This document shows positions 49,463 to 58,451 of a stretch of DNA of 64,000 nucleotides, one piece after another; positions within the stretch are counted from its first letter, which is position 1; every line of letters begins with the position of its first letter. The notes below the pieces were generated by a model. It made no database searches, was not told the DNA's origin, and saw nothing but the letters and a program-made list of their open reading frames with translations. The DNA is from an uncultured Actinomycetes bacterium (GTDB taxonomy: Bacteria > SZUA-79 > Acidulodesulfobacterales > Acidulodesulfobacteraceae). Position numbers and translations under genes: made by a program. The stretch spans positions 96,001 through 160,000 of the forward strand of contig CAZVZU010000002.1 of the NCBI GenBank assembly GCA_964631685.1, written 5' to 3'.

Positions 49463-51376
49463 CTATGAAGCGTTAACCTCGACATAAACTAAGGTTTCAT
49501 CGGGATTTGCATTATCCCCTTCTTCCACATATATCTCTTTTACTACCCCGTCAATCGGCGTATGTATTTCATTTTCCATCTTCATCGCTTCAACTATCAA
49601 AACAGTATCACCTGTTTTAACGGTATCACCCTTTTTAACCATAACCTTGGTAATCCTGCCAGGCATTGGAGCATAAACATCCCCTTCTCTCGTCGGAGAT
49701 GGCCTCTTTGATCTTGCAATACTTTCACCGACAATTTCTCCTCCGGCGCTCGGGACGATCTCCGTGAGCGATTCTATGACAACCTCCTCCAATACCCCAT
49801 CAACATTTAGGAAAAAAGGTCTTTTTTGATCAGACTTATGCCCTACACCCGCAATTTTAATCTTATAGCTTTCGCCATGTACGGTAACAATAAACTCGCT
49901 CGGAGCAAGTCCGCAGTCTCTGTCCATATCATGCGGCAAAGGTTCTCTAACCGCACTTGTTTGTTGTTCGGTACTTAATACAGCCGCCGGGTCCGTTATC
50001 TTAGAGTAATCGGGTAATTTACCTTCTTTCCTTTCTTGGAAAAATTCAACAGCAACCTTTGGGAATAAAACATACGTGAGTAAATCCTCATCTGATAAAT
50101 CGTAGCCTTTAATTTCTTCATAATTCCCGGAAAGCTCGGGCTCAAGTAAGTCTGCAGGTCTTACATGGATTACTTCCTCATCGCCAAGCACCTTTGCCTG
50201 AATATCCTTGTTGATTAATGCCGGCGGTTTTCCATAATAACCTTTTAAGTAATTTTTTGTTTCACTCGTTATAACCTTATACTTTTCACCGGTAATAACG
50301 TTGAGAGCAGCCTGCGTTCCCACAATTTGAGACGTAGGTGTCACAAGAGGCGGAAAGCCGAAATCCTCACGAACCTGCGGCACTTCATACAGCACCTCTT
50401 CCATTTTATCTAACGCATTCTGTTCCTTTAACTGACTCGCCAGGTTAGACATCATGCCACCAGGTACTTGCGTCACAATAATGTCAGTATTCATATTAGT
50501 ATATTCGCTTTCAAAAGAAGCATATTTTTTTCTAACTTTTCTGAAATAATCGGCAACCTCTTTTAACTTTTCCATATCCAAGTCAATATCATAACCCATT
50601 TCCGAAAGTGCAAAGACCATTGACTCGGTAGGTGGGTGAGAAGTACCACTCGACATCGAAGAGATAGCCGTATCAATAATATCAGCCCCCGCTTCGACCG
50701 CCTTTAATAAAGACATAGATGCAAAACCACTTGTCAAATGTGAATGAACATGAATAGGGATTCCAATCTTCTTCTTTATCATAGACACGAGATCATATGC
50801 ATTGGTAGGAGAAAGAAGGCCAGCCATATCTTTTATGCAAATAACATCTGCGCCCATTTCTTCAAGCTCCAATGCCATTTCAGTAAAGAGCTCATTGGTA
50901 TGGACAGGGCTAGTAGTGTAACAAATCGTAGCTTCTACCGTCTTTTTTTTCTTTTTTACGGCTTCTACCGCCTTTCTGATATTCCTAAAATCATTTAATG
51001 AATCAAATATTCTAAAAACATCTATGCCATTATCTGCGCTTAAAGACACAAATTTTTCAATCACATCATCAGCATAATGTCTATATCCGACAATGTTCTG
51101 CCCTCTTAAAAGCATCTGCAACCGCGAATGCTTATATACCTTCCTGATCCTTTTAAGTCTTTCCCATGGGTCTTCTTTTAGAAATCTCAAACATGAATCA
51201 AATGTCGCCCCGCCCCATACCTCTAAAGACCAAAATCCTATATCGTCAAGAACATTGGCAATTCCAAGTATATCCGGAGTAGTCATTCTGGTAGCAAGGA
51301 GTGATTGATGCGCATCTCTTAAAACGGTCTCCGTAACACCTATTTTTCTGATATAGCTTTTTTCTTCTGTTTCCAT
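49463..51376 (-). CDS. pycB: Carboxyltransferase-biotin carrier subunit of a two-subunit pyruvate-type carboxylase (start likely ATG 51376)
   Basis: LRDAHQSL.ATR, WGGATFD, PGGM.SN, LVTPTSQIVG, EAMKM biotinyl motif; no oadB/oadG nearby. Confidence 0.82.
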   Translation of the reverse strand: METEEKSYIRKIGVTETVLRDAHQSLLATRMTTPDILGIANVLDDIGFWSLEVWGGATFDSCLRFLKEDPWERLKRIRKVYKHSRLQMLLRGQNIVGYRHYADDVIEKFVSLSADNGIDVFRIFDSLNDFRNIRKAVEAVKKKKKTVEATICYTTSPVHTNELFTEMALELEEMGADVICIKDMAGLLSPTNAYDLVSMIKKKIGIPIHVHSHLTSGFASMSLLKAVEAGADIIDTAISSMSSGTSHPPTESMVFALSEMGYDIDLDMEKLKEVADYFRKVRKKYASFESEYTNMNTDIIVTQVPGGMMSNLASQLKEQNALDKMEEVLYEVPQVREDFGFPPLVTPTSQIVGTQAALNVITGEKYKVITSETKNYLKGYYGKPPALINKDIQAKVLGDEEVIHVRPADLLEPELSGNYEEIKGYDLSDEDLLTYVLFPKVAVEFFQERKEGKLPDYSKITDPAAVLSTEQQTSAVREPLPHDMDRDCGLAPSEFIVTVHGESYKIKIAGVGHKSDQKRPFFLNVDGVLEEVVIESLTEIVPSAGGEIVGESIARSKRPSPTREGDVYAPMPGRITKVMVKKGDTVKTGDTVLIVEAMKMENEIHTPIDGVVKEIYVEEGDNANPDETLVYVEVNAS

Positions 51377-51444
51377 ATACTTACCTATAATCATTAAATT
51401 ACTTTAGAAAATAAATCAATCCTGACATACTGCTAAAACTTTTA

Positions 51445-52869
51445 TCAAATTCCGTAATAAGCGGAAATAGCTGCGGAAATAGCAAGTATCCTATCAAAAG
51501 GATCCTTTTGTAATTTATAATCCCTTAAATATAGCCTTTCATCAATAAAATGCGTATCAAAATTACCTTTTATGAAATCCTTATCCTGAATTATCTTAAG
51601 CTGAAAAGGAATGGTGGTTTTAATACCTTTTATAACATATTCCTCCAACGCCCTTCGCGCTCTTCTTACGGTCTCATCCCATGTTCTTCCGCTCACGGTA
51701 AGCTTTGTAACCATAGAATCATAAAAGGGCTGTATAACATAGTCTTTATATATTGCGCCGTCTATTCTAACACCTATCCCGCCGGGTGAATAATAAGCGG
51801 TTACCTTTCCCGCACTTGGAGCAAAACTTTTCCTTGGATTTTCTGCATTAATTCTACACTCTATTGCATATCCCCTCATAGAGATATCCTCTTGCTTGAT
51901 ATCGAGCTTTTTGCCCATGGCAATCTGTATTTGTTCGCCAACAATATCAACACCAGTAACAATTTCGGTAACAGAATGTTCCACTTGTATGCGGGTATTC
52001 ATTTCCATAAAATAGTAACGACCATTTTTATCGACAATATATTCTATTGTCCCTGCATTGCGGTAATTACAAGCTTTGGCAGCTTTAATAGACGATTCTC
52101 CCATTTTTTTCCGTAACTCGTCGTTCAGGATGAGAGATGGCGCTATCTCAATAAGTTTTTGATGTCTTCGCTGTATTGAACAATCTCTTTCACCAAGGTG
52201 CACAATATTTCCATAATTATCCGCAAGTATTTGAAACTCGATATGATGAGGTTTTTCAATATATTTTTCGATAAATACCTCAGGATTTCCAAATGACTTT
52301 TCGGCCTCTAATCTTGAAAGAGTAAAATTTTTAACCAACTCGTTATCGTTAAAACAAATTCTAATACCCTTTCCGCCACCGCCGGCAGAAGCTTTTATCA
52401 TAACCGGATAACCTATTTTTCCTGCAACAGAAATTGCTTCATCTTCAGAAGCAACCCCACCTTCAGAGCCAGCAACAACAGGGACACCCACCGATCTCAT
52501 CAGTTTCTTTGATTCTATTTTATCCCCCATCATTGCAATAGTTTTAGACGAAGGGCCAATAAAGACGATTCCTCTTTTTTCGCAAATCTCCGGAAATTTA
52601 GGATTTTCAGATAGAAAGCCGTAACCCGGATGTATCGCATCCGCACCTGCATTAATGGCCAGATCAACAATTCTGTTAATATTAAGGTAGCCCGAAATAG
52701 GTCCGGGACCCACAAGGTATGCTTCGTCAGCCTTTTTTACGTGCAAAGCCTGGCTATCTGCCTCAGAGTGTATAGCGACAGTTTTAATATCAAGCTCCCT
52801 GCATGCCCTAACAACCCTTGAAGCAATCTCGCCTCTATTTGCTATTAAAATCTTCTTAAACCGCTTCAT
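51445..52869 (-). CDS. pycA: Biotin carboxylase subunit
   Basis: ANRGEIA, HPGYGFLSEN, GGGG.G, RDCSIQRR.QK, EMNTR.QVEH. Confidence 0.85.
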   Translation of the reverse strand: MKRFKKILIANRGEIASRVVRACRELDIKTVAIHSEADSQALHVKKADEAYLVGPGPISGYLNINRIVDLAINAGADAIHPGYGFLSENPKFPEICEKRGIVFIGPSSKTIAMMGDKIESKKLMRSVGVPVVAGSEGGVASEDEAISVAGKIGYPVMIKASAGGGGKGIRICFNDNELVKNFTLSRLEAEKSFGNPEVFIEKYIEKPHHIEFQILADNYGNIVHLGERDCSIQRRHQKLIEIAPSLILNDELRKKMGESSIKAAKACNYRNAGTIEYIVDKNGRYYFMEMNTRIQVEHSVTEIVTGVDIVGEQIQIAMGKKLDIKQEDISMRGYAIECRINAENPRKSFAPSAGKVTAYYSPGGIGVRIDGAIYKDYVIQPFYDSMVTKLTVSGRTWDETVRRARRALEEYVIKGIKTTIPFQLKIIQDKDFIKGNFDTHFIDERLYLRDYKLQKDPFDRILAISAAISAYYGI

Positions 52870-53005
52870 AAAATAGACCTATAACTCTGTTGTTTATATA
52901 ATATAATTAAAGACAAATGCACTATCGGGAAACAGCGTCGCGCTAAAGAATTTTGAACCAAAAAAGATACATAATCAACATATCGCAAATAACGGCCGAT
53001 GATTA

Positions 53006-53034
53006 ATTTTAAACTATTATTTTAAAAAAGTCAA
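53006..53034 (-). promoter_or_regulatory. Sigma70-type promoter of pycAB
   Basis: TTGACT (53034-53029), 17 nt, TAAAAT (53011-53006). Confidence 0.6.
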
Positions 53035-53089
53035 TTTGGTTACCGAACCGCGTAGTACCAGGAAAATTCCATATCTGAATATTTAATGA

Positions 53090-54367
53090 TTATGCGCGAT
53101 ATCGTTGCGATAATAATACAACGGCATCACTTGCCATCTGGAGATCTTCATCGGTGTGTGTTACGAATATAGGTATCTTTCCGGCATGTACGGATTTAAT
53201 AACTTTTCTGATCTTAAGTTTACCGTGATTATTAAATCCTTGGAAGTAATGAGATGCAATCTCATTTTTTTTGTCGTCAATTTTTATACCAAGGTATGTT
53301 AGATTCTCACATACCTCTTTTCTCAAGGCAGATGAATTTTCACCTATTCCTCCGGTAAAAACAAGGCAATCCGTTCCATTCATTACAGCGCTATATTGCC
53401 CGATAAATTTGGTTATTGCATAGGCATACATCTTGAGAGCGAGTACCGAGTTTCTGTCATTATACGCAGATAACTCCTTAAAATCATAAGTCTTTCCGGA
53501 TATGCCAAGCAACCCGCTTTTTTTATTCAAGATGGAATAGAGTTCGCTACATGAAACATTAAGCTTTTTTTTGAGAATAAAGGGGATAGACGGATCAATA
53601 CTACCGGACCTTGTCCCCATCATGAGCCCTTCTAGGGGGGTATATCCCATAGACGTATCTGTAGAAACGCCATCTTTTACGGCACAAATACTTGCACCGT
53701 TTCCAAGGTGGCATACTATAAGCTTTTCTTTATTTTTTTTGTTCAACTTTAATAAATTATTTATATAGGAATATGAAATCCCGTGAAATCCATATCTTTG
53801 TATCTTATGTTGATTGTAATAATCTATCGGAATCGGATATAATTTTGCATACAGAGGGATAGTAGAATGGAAAGCAGTATCAAAAATACAAACCTGCCTT
53901 GCGTTAGGAAGGCAGGTTGACATAATCTCCAACCCCTTCAAATTTGACGGATTGTGGAGCGGGGCAAGCTCGTTAAGCTTTTCTAGTTTATCAATATCTT
54001 CGGAGCTCACTGCTATGGGCTTTCTAAATGTTTCACCCCCATGAACAAACCTATGTACTACTATGTCAATATCCGCGCCACCACTTCTATTGCCACTGAA
54101 TCCCAATTCTTGAAGTATAAAATTTATTGCCGCAGTATGATCTGTAAAATTTATTTTATCGGAACGCTTCCTTTCGTCTTCCGCCGTAAAATGAAATTCA
54201 CCAAATTTAGTTCCAATTTCCTCTATGGATCCGGAAAAAATTCTATCCATGCTTAGAAGTGGGTTTTTATCGGACAGGGAACTCGGTGTTTTAAATATAG
54301 AAAATTTTATAGAAGAACTGCCGCAATTAACCGATAAGATATTAATTAGTCTGTTTTTCTTTAACAT
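53090..54367 (-). CDS. ackA: Acetate kinase
   Basis: N.GSSS.K, HR.VHGG, APLHN, FDTAFH, YGFHG.S, HLGNGAS, GTRSG.IDP, FTGGIGEN. Confidence 0.95.
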   Translation of the reverse strand: MLKKNRLINILSVNCGSSSIKFSIFKTPSSLSDKNPLLSMDRIFSGSIEEIGTKFGEFHFTAEDERKRSDKINFTDHTAAINFILQELGFSGNRSGGADIDIVVHRFVHGGETFRKPIAVSSEDIDKLEKLNELAPLHNPSNLKGLEIMSTCLPNARQVCIFDTAFHSTIPLYAKLYPIPIDYYNQHKIQRYGFHGISYSYINNLLKLNKKNKEKLIVCHLGNGASICAVKDGVSTDTSMGYTPLEGLMMGTRSGSIDPSIPFILKKKLNVSCSELYSILNKKSGLLGISGKTYDFKELSAYNDRNSVLALKMYAYAITKFIGQYSAVMNGTDCLVFTGGIGENSSALRKEVCENLTYLGIKIDDKKNEIASHYFQGFNNHGKLKIRKVIKSVHAGKIPIFVTHTDEDLQMASDAVVLLSQRYRA

Positions 54368-54673
54368 TTTTTTCTCAATAAATATTTATAATTTGAATCA
54401 ACATCTAACTTACGCACCCTTCAATTGGTGCGTGGAGAGTAGTAAATATGATACAACAAAATATCTTTCCGTTCAAGTTGAGACTTTATCCCTGTTCTTT
54501 TTGCTATAGAGATAAAATAGACAGAACATGTCTTTTTTGACAAGTTCAAGCCATTTTCAAGAACTCCGCAACTTTCTATTGAAAAAGATTAAGCGTCTTC
54601 CGCTTACTTCTTATTTATTGCATAAATTTAATATAAATTAAAATATTGTTATTGACTAAAAGGCTATTTTTTC

Positions 54674-54703
54674 TTGACAAATAAACCTTATAGTTATATA
54701 AGG
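54674..54703 (+). promoter_or_regulatory. Promoter of the lipoprotein gene with an inverted repeat over the -10
   Basis: TTGACA (54674-54679), 17 nt, TATAAG; CCTTATA-4-TATAAGG inverted repeat at 54686-54703. Confidence 0.5.
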
Positions 54704-54779
54704 GGCTAATGTCCGATAAGTTAATATTCCTGCAAAAGCTGTTGTTTGTTCATAAGAAAATAATATAAAAGGAGGTTAT

Positions 54780-55244
54780 ATGCTTCGTTCTAAAACATTT
54801 ACCAATTTAATGCTTGTTTTTGTCTTATTTGCTGTTGCAATTGGCGTTTCCGGATGCGCAACAATCATTGGGAAAGGTGCTCCGGGAAGATTGAGTATTC
54901 GCAGTAATCCTAGTAATGCAAAAGTTATTATAACTAACGCGTCCGGCATTCAAATATTTAACGGAAAAACCCCGACTATTGTGACGCTTCAAAAGAGGGC
55001 CGGATACTTTAGGGCTCAATCGTATTCCGTTACTTTATCAAAAAATGGTTTCGAAACTAAAACTATCCCATTAAACATGTATGTAAATGGGTGGTATTTG
55101 GGTGGCAATTTGATTTTTGGAGGGCTTATCGGCTGGTTTCTTGTCGATCCTTTGACCGGGGCTATGTGGTCGCTTAATACTCATAAAATTGATCCGACTT
55201 TAAATGCCATAAGCAAAGGATTACTCATTGAACATAATAAATAA
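54780..55244 (+). CDS. Predicted lipoprotein with PEGA-like domain
   Basis: AAGGAGG RBS; lipobox VSG/C-ATII; S.P..A.V....G.TP; GN...GG.IG..VDP.TGA.W tail. Confidence 0.75.
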   Translation: MLRSKTFTNLMLVFVLFAVAIGVSGCATIIGKGAPGRLSIRSNPSNAKVIITNASGIQIFNGKTPTIVTLQKRAGYFRAQSYSVTLSKNGFETKTIPLNMYVNGWYLGGNLIFGGLIGWFLVDPLTGAMWSLNTHKIDPTLNAISKGLLIEHNK

Positions 55245-55260
55245 TATCTAAAAAGGAATA

Positions 55261-55314
55261 GATTTAGTACGCCTCAGAAATTTATTTAAATAAATTTCTG
55301 AGGCGTACTAAATC
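55261..55314. repeat. 54-bp perfect palindrome between convergent genes
   Basis: GATTTAGTACGCCTCAGAAATTTATTT followed directly by its exact reverse complement. Confidence 0.95.
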
Positions 55315-55342
55315 GCGAATAGGAATTAGAGTTGCTTAATTC

Positions 55343-57679
55343 CTATAGTGTCCAATTTTTTATCTCTTCTTTGTCATCAAGATATTCTTGGGCATATGCT
55401 TTATTAGAAGCAATCTCCTCCTCAAGCAAGGATATTAACTCCAAATATTTATCCTTAAAACCCGGAATATTTCTTAGGGCTAATATTGCCAAATCGAACC
55501 TACTCATTTTATTTCTTATAACCATATCGAAGGGCGTAGTGGTTGCCCCCTCCTCTATATAACCCCTTACGTGGAATCTTTCAGGGTTAGGTCTGCCGTG
55601 TACAAGATCATGTATTATCCTAATATATCCGTGGAATGCAAAGACAACGGGGGTGTTTTCCAAAAATAGATTTAAAAAAACATCCGGGTCAACGCCGTGC
55701 GGATGGTAATTAGCCGGGCTCAATGTCATTAAATCCACTATATTTATGACCCTCGTTTTAATTTCAGGGGCATATCGTTTAAGCAAGGATGCGGCAGCAT
55801 TGGTCTCCAAGGTGGGAACATCCCCTGCGCAGGCAAATATTACATCCGGATTACCGTCATCTTTATTGCCCGCCCACTCAAATACTGAAATCCCTTTTTT
55901 GCAATGGCTTTTCGCGGCGTCAATATCTAACCACTGGGGCTCGGGCTGTTTACCAGCGACAATAACATTAACGTAATTTCTTGATCTTAAACAATGGTCC
56001 ATGACCGACAGTAGTGAATTTGCATCGGGGGGGAAATATATCCTCACCACCGATGATCTTTTGTTAATAACGTTATCTAAAAAACCCGGTCCCTGATGTG
56101 AGAATCCATTATGATCCTGCCTCCAAACATGCGAAGATAGGATTATGTTAAGAGAGGATATCGGTTTTCTCCACGGAAATTCATGAGCAACCTCTATCCA
56201 TTTTGCAAATTGCGTAACCATAGAATCTACAATGGAAGCAAATGCTTCATAAGTAACAAATATTCCGTGTCTGCCCGTTAATAAATATCCTTCAAGCCAC
56301 CCTTCACACAAGTGTTCCGATAAAACTTCCATAACCCTTCCGTTATGAGATACATGATCATCTATTTCCATAATAGGATTAACTGAACATCTATCTGTCA
56401 CATCAAAAACTGCCTGAAACCGATTAGACGCGGTTTCATCCGGACTGAATAATCTAAAATTCCTTGGATTTCTTTTATAAACATCCCTTATATATTCGCC
56501 CAATATCTTAGTTGCCCCCAAGGTCGACACTCCAGGTTTTTTTACGTCTACCGCATATTGCGTAAAATCGGGAAGGTTCAAATCCTCTAAGAGATGTCCC
56601 CCGTTGGCATTTATGTTCGCACCTATTCTCTTTGATTGCTCGGGAACAAACTCAAGTAGTTCTTTGCCTACTTCACCATTTTTTCCAAAAAGTTCGTTAT
56701 GCTTATAACCCTTTATCCAACCTTCTAATATTTTTAGGTGCTCTGGATTACTCCTGACATCGGTAATTGGAACCTGGTGCGCCCTGAATGTTCCTTCAAG
56801 CTGAAGCCCATTAAGTTCCTTAGGACACGTCCATCCTTTTAATGTTCTTAGAATTATCATCGGCCATTCCGGCTTGGCTTTAAATCCATTTTCTCTCACA
56901 TCCTTTTGGATTGATATGATCTGACTATACGCCTTATCAAGGGTCTCGGCCATTTCTTCGTGCATTTTCATCGGGTCATCCCCCTCGACAAAATATACCT
57001 TATAACCGTAACCATAAAATAGGCTATTCAAATGTGCATCATCCGTTCTCCCTAATACAGTAGGTCCTGCAATCTTATATCCGTTAAGGTGCAATATAGG
57101 AAGCACCGCACCATCCCTTACCGGATTTAAAAAATCAACGGATTTCCAACTGCCCTCAAGCGGTCCCGTTTCTGCTTCTCCATCTCCCACTACACACACA
57201 GAAATTAAATCAGGATTATCGAATACCGCCCCAAAGGCATGGACTAAAGAATATCCCAACTCACCGCCTTCATGCATTGAACCCGGTATATGCGGACCTA
57301 CATGGCTCGGAAAACCGTACGGTGTGGAAAATCTTCTAAAAAGTTTCTCCATCCCATAAATATCCTGCGTTATATCAGGGTGGTGTTCGACTAATGTTCC
57401 TTCTAAAAACGTATTGGCAAGTATAGCCGGAGCTCCATGCCCCGGACCGATAATCAACAGGATATTCGCGCCGGTATTATTTATTAGATGGTTTAAGTGT
57501 GAATATATAAAATTAATGCCAGGCGTTGTCCCCCAATGCCCAAGTAGCCTAGGTTTTATATGTTCCGGCTTCAACGGTTCATGAAGCATGGCATTCTCTT
57601 TGAGGTATATTGAGCAGCATGCCAGATAATTTGAGGCTCTCCAGTATGCGTTTATCTTGTTAAGAATTTCATCGGTCAT
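55343..57679 (-). CDS. xfp: Xylulose-5-P/fructose-6-P phosphoketolase (start revised to ATG 57679)
   Basis: RLLGHWGTTPG, GPGHG, HEGGELGY, GDGEAETGP, SPDETASNR, QDHNGFSHQ; GGAGG RBS before 57679. Confidence 0.96.
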   Translation of the reverse strand: MTDEILNKINAYWRASNYLACCSIYLKENAMLHEPLKPEHIKPRLLGHWGTTPGINFIYSHLNHLINNTGANILLIIGPGHGAPAILANTFLEGTLVEHHPDITQDIYGMEKLFRRFSTPYGFPSHVGPHIPGSMHEGGELGYSLVHAFGAVFDNPDLISVCVVGDGEAETGPLEGSWKSVDFLNPVRDGAVLPILHLNGYKIAGPTVLGRTDDAHLNSLFYGYGYKVYFVEGDDPMKMHEEMAETLDKAYSQIISIQKDVRENGFKAKPEWPMIILRTLKGWTCPKELNGLQLEGTFRAHQVPITDVRSNPEHLKILEGWIKGYKHNELFGKNGEVGKELLEFVPEQSKRIGANINANGGHLLEDLNLPDFTQYAVDVKKPGVSTLGATKILGEYIRDVYKRNPRNFRLFSPDETASNRFQAVFDVTDRCSVNPIMEIDDHVSHNGRVMEVLSEHLCEGWLEGYLLTGRHGIFVTYEAFASIVDSMVTQFAKWIEVAHEFPWRKPISSLNIILSSHVWRQDHNGFSHQGPGFLDNVINKRSSVVRIYFPPDANSLLSVMDHCLRSRNYVNVIVAGKQPEPQWLDIDAAKSHCKKGISVFEWAGNKDDGNPDVIFACAGDVPTLETNAAASLLKRYAPEIKTRVINIVDLMTLSPANYHPHGVDPDVFLNLFLENTPVVFAFHGYIRIIHDLVHGRPNPERFHVRGYIEEGATTTPFDMVIRNKMSRFDLAILALRNIPGFKDKYLELISLLEEEIASNKAYAQEYLDDKEEIKNWTL

Positions 57680-57718
57680 AACCTGCCCTCCATGGTCCAT
57701 AAAATATATAATTAATTA

Positions 57719-58333
57719 TTAGATATTTAACCTAAAACGAGATAGTTCTTTTTTTGTAGATGCATAATCTATATGCCTAAAAGCGTGTATTCCCAAACTG
57801 GCGGCCGTTTCCACGTTAAAGCTCCTGTCATCTATAAAAAGAGATTCGTCCGGTCTTGTATAAGATAAATTTAATGCGAGTTTAAAGATATTTTCATCGG
57901 GCTTTCTTATATGGACGAAGCAAGATGTGATAAAAAAATCAAACAGCGAATTAAGCGAAAACTTATCAACTCTATAAGTAGATAATTCAAGACCCTCATT
58001 GTTTACTGAAATCAGCTTAAATCGATATTTATCTTTAAGCCCTGTGAACAGTGCTATCATTTCAGGGTAAGAATTGGATTGATCAAACATAAAGGATTTA
58101 AATTCATCCTTAGAAAAAGAGCGTGGTTTATAAAATACAGTTTTATCTAAATAATAGTCTAAAGAAACCTTACCTTCTTCATGCAAGGCAAATAAATCCT
58201 CGTGCCTCGATTCAAAGTCATCATGGTGTAAATTGAATTTAGCCGAGGCAAGCTTTCTGGACTTTCTATCCCATCCATTTGTAAGCAAAACGCTTCCGAT
58301 ATCCAAAAAAACCGTTTTTATAAACGTCGACAT
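57719..58333 (-). CDS. HAD-superfamily phosphatase
   Basis: FLDIGSVL, KPD..IF, FIDDR..NV..A..LG. Confidence 0.88.
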   Translation of the reverse strand: MSTFIKTVFLDIGSVLLTNGWDRKSRKLASAKFNLHHDDFESRHEDLFALHEEGKVSLDYYLDKTVFYKPRSFSKDEFKSFMFDQSNSYPEMIALFTGLKDKYRFKLISVNNEGLELSTYRVDKFSLNSLFDFFITSCFVHIRKPDENIFKLALNLSYTRPDESLFIDDRSFNVETAASLGIHAFRHIDYASTKKELSRFRLNI

Positions 58334-58451
58334 TTTGAAATATTATATTTAAATGATTAGCAAGCACTACTTGCAAGATTATAACACCAATTTTAAAGAA
58401 TACCAAATTACATTAATTTAACGCATTAACCATTAATATACTAGCCTTGTT

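Noticed and set aside
49463..51394. Na+-pumping oxaloacetate decarboxylase (oadA)
   Set aside because: Paired with a biotin carboxylase and lacking oadB/oadG, which indicates a soluble carboxylase
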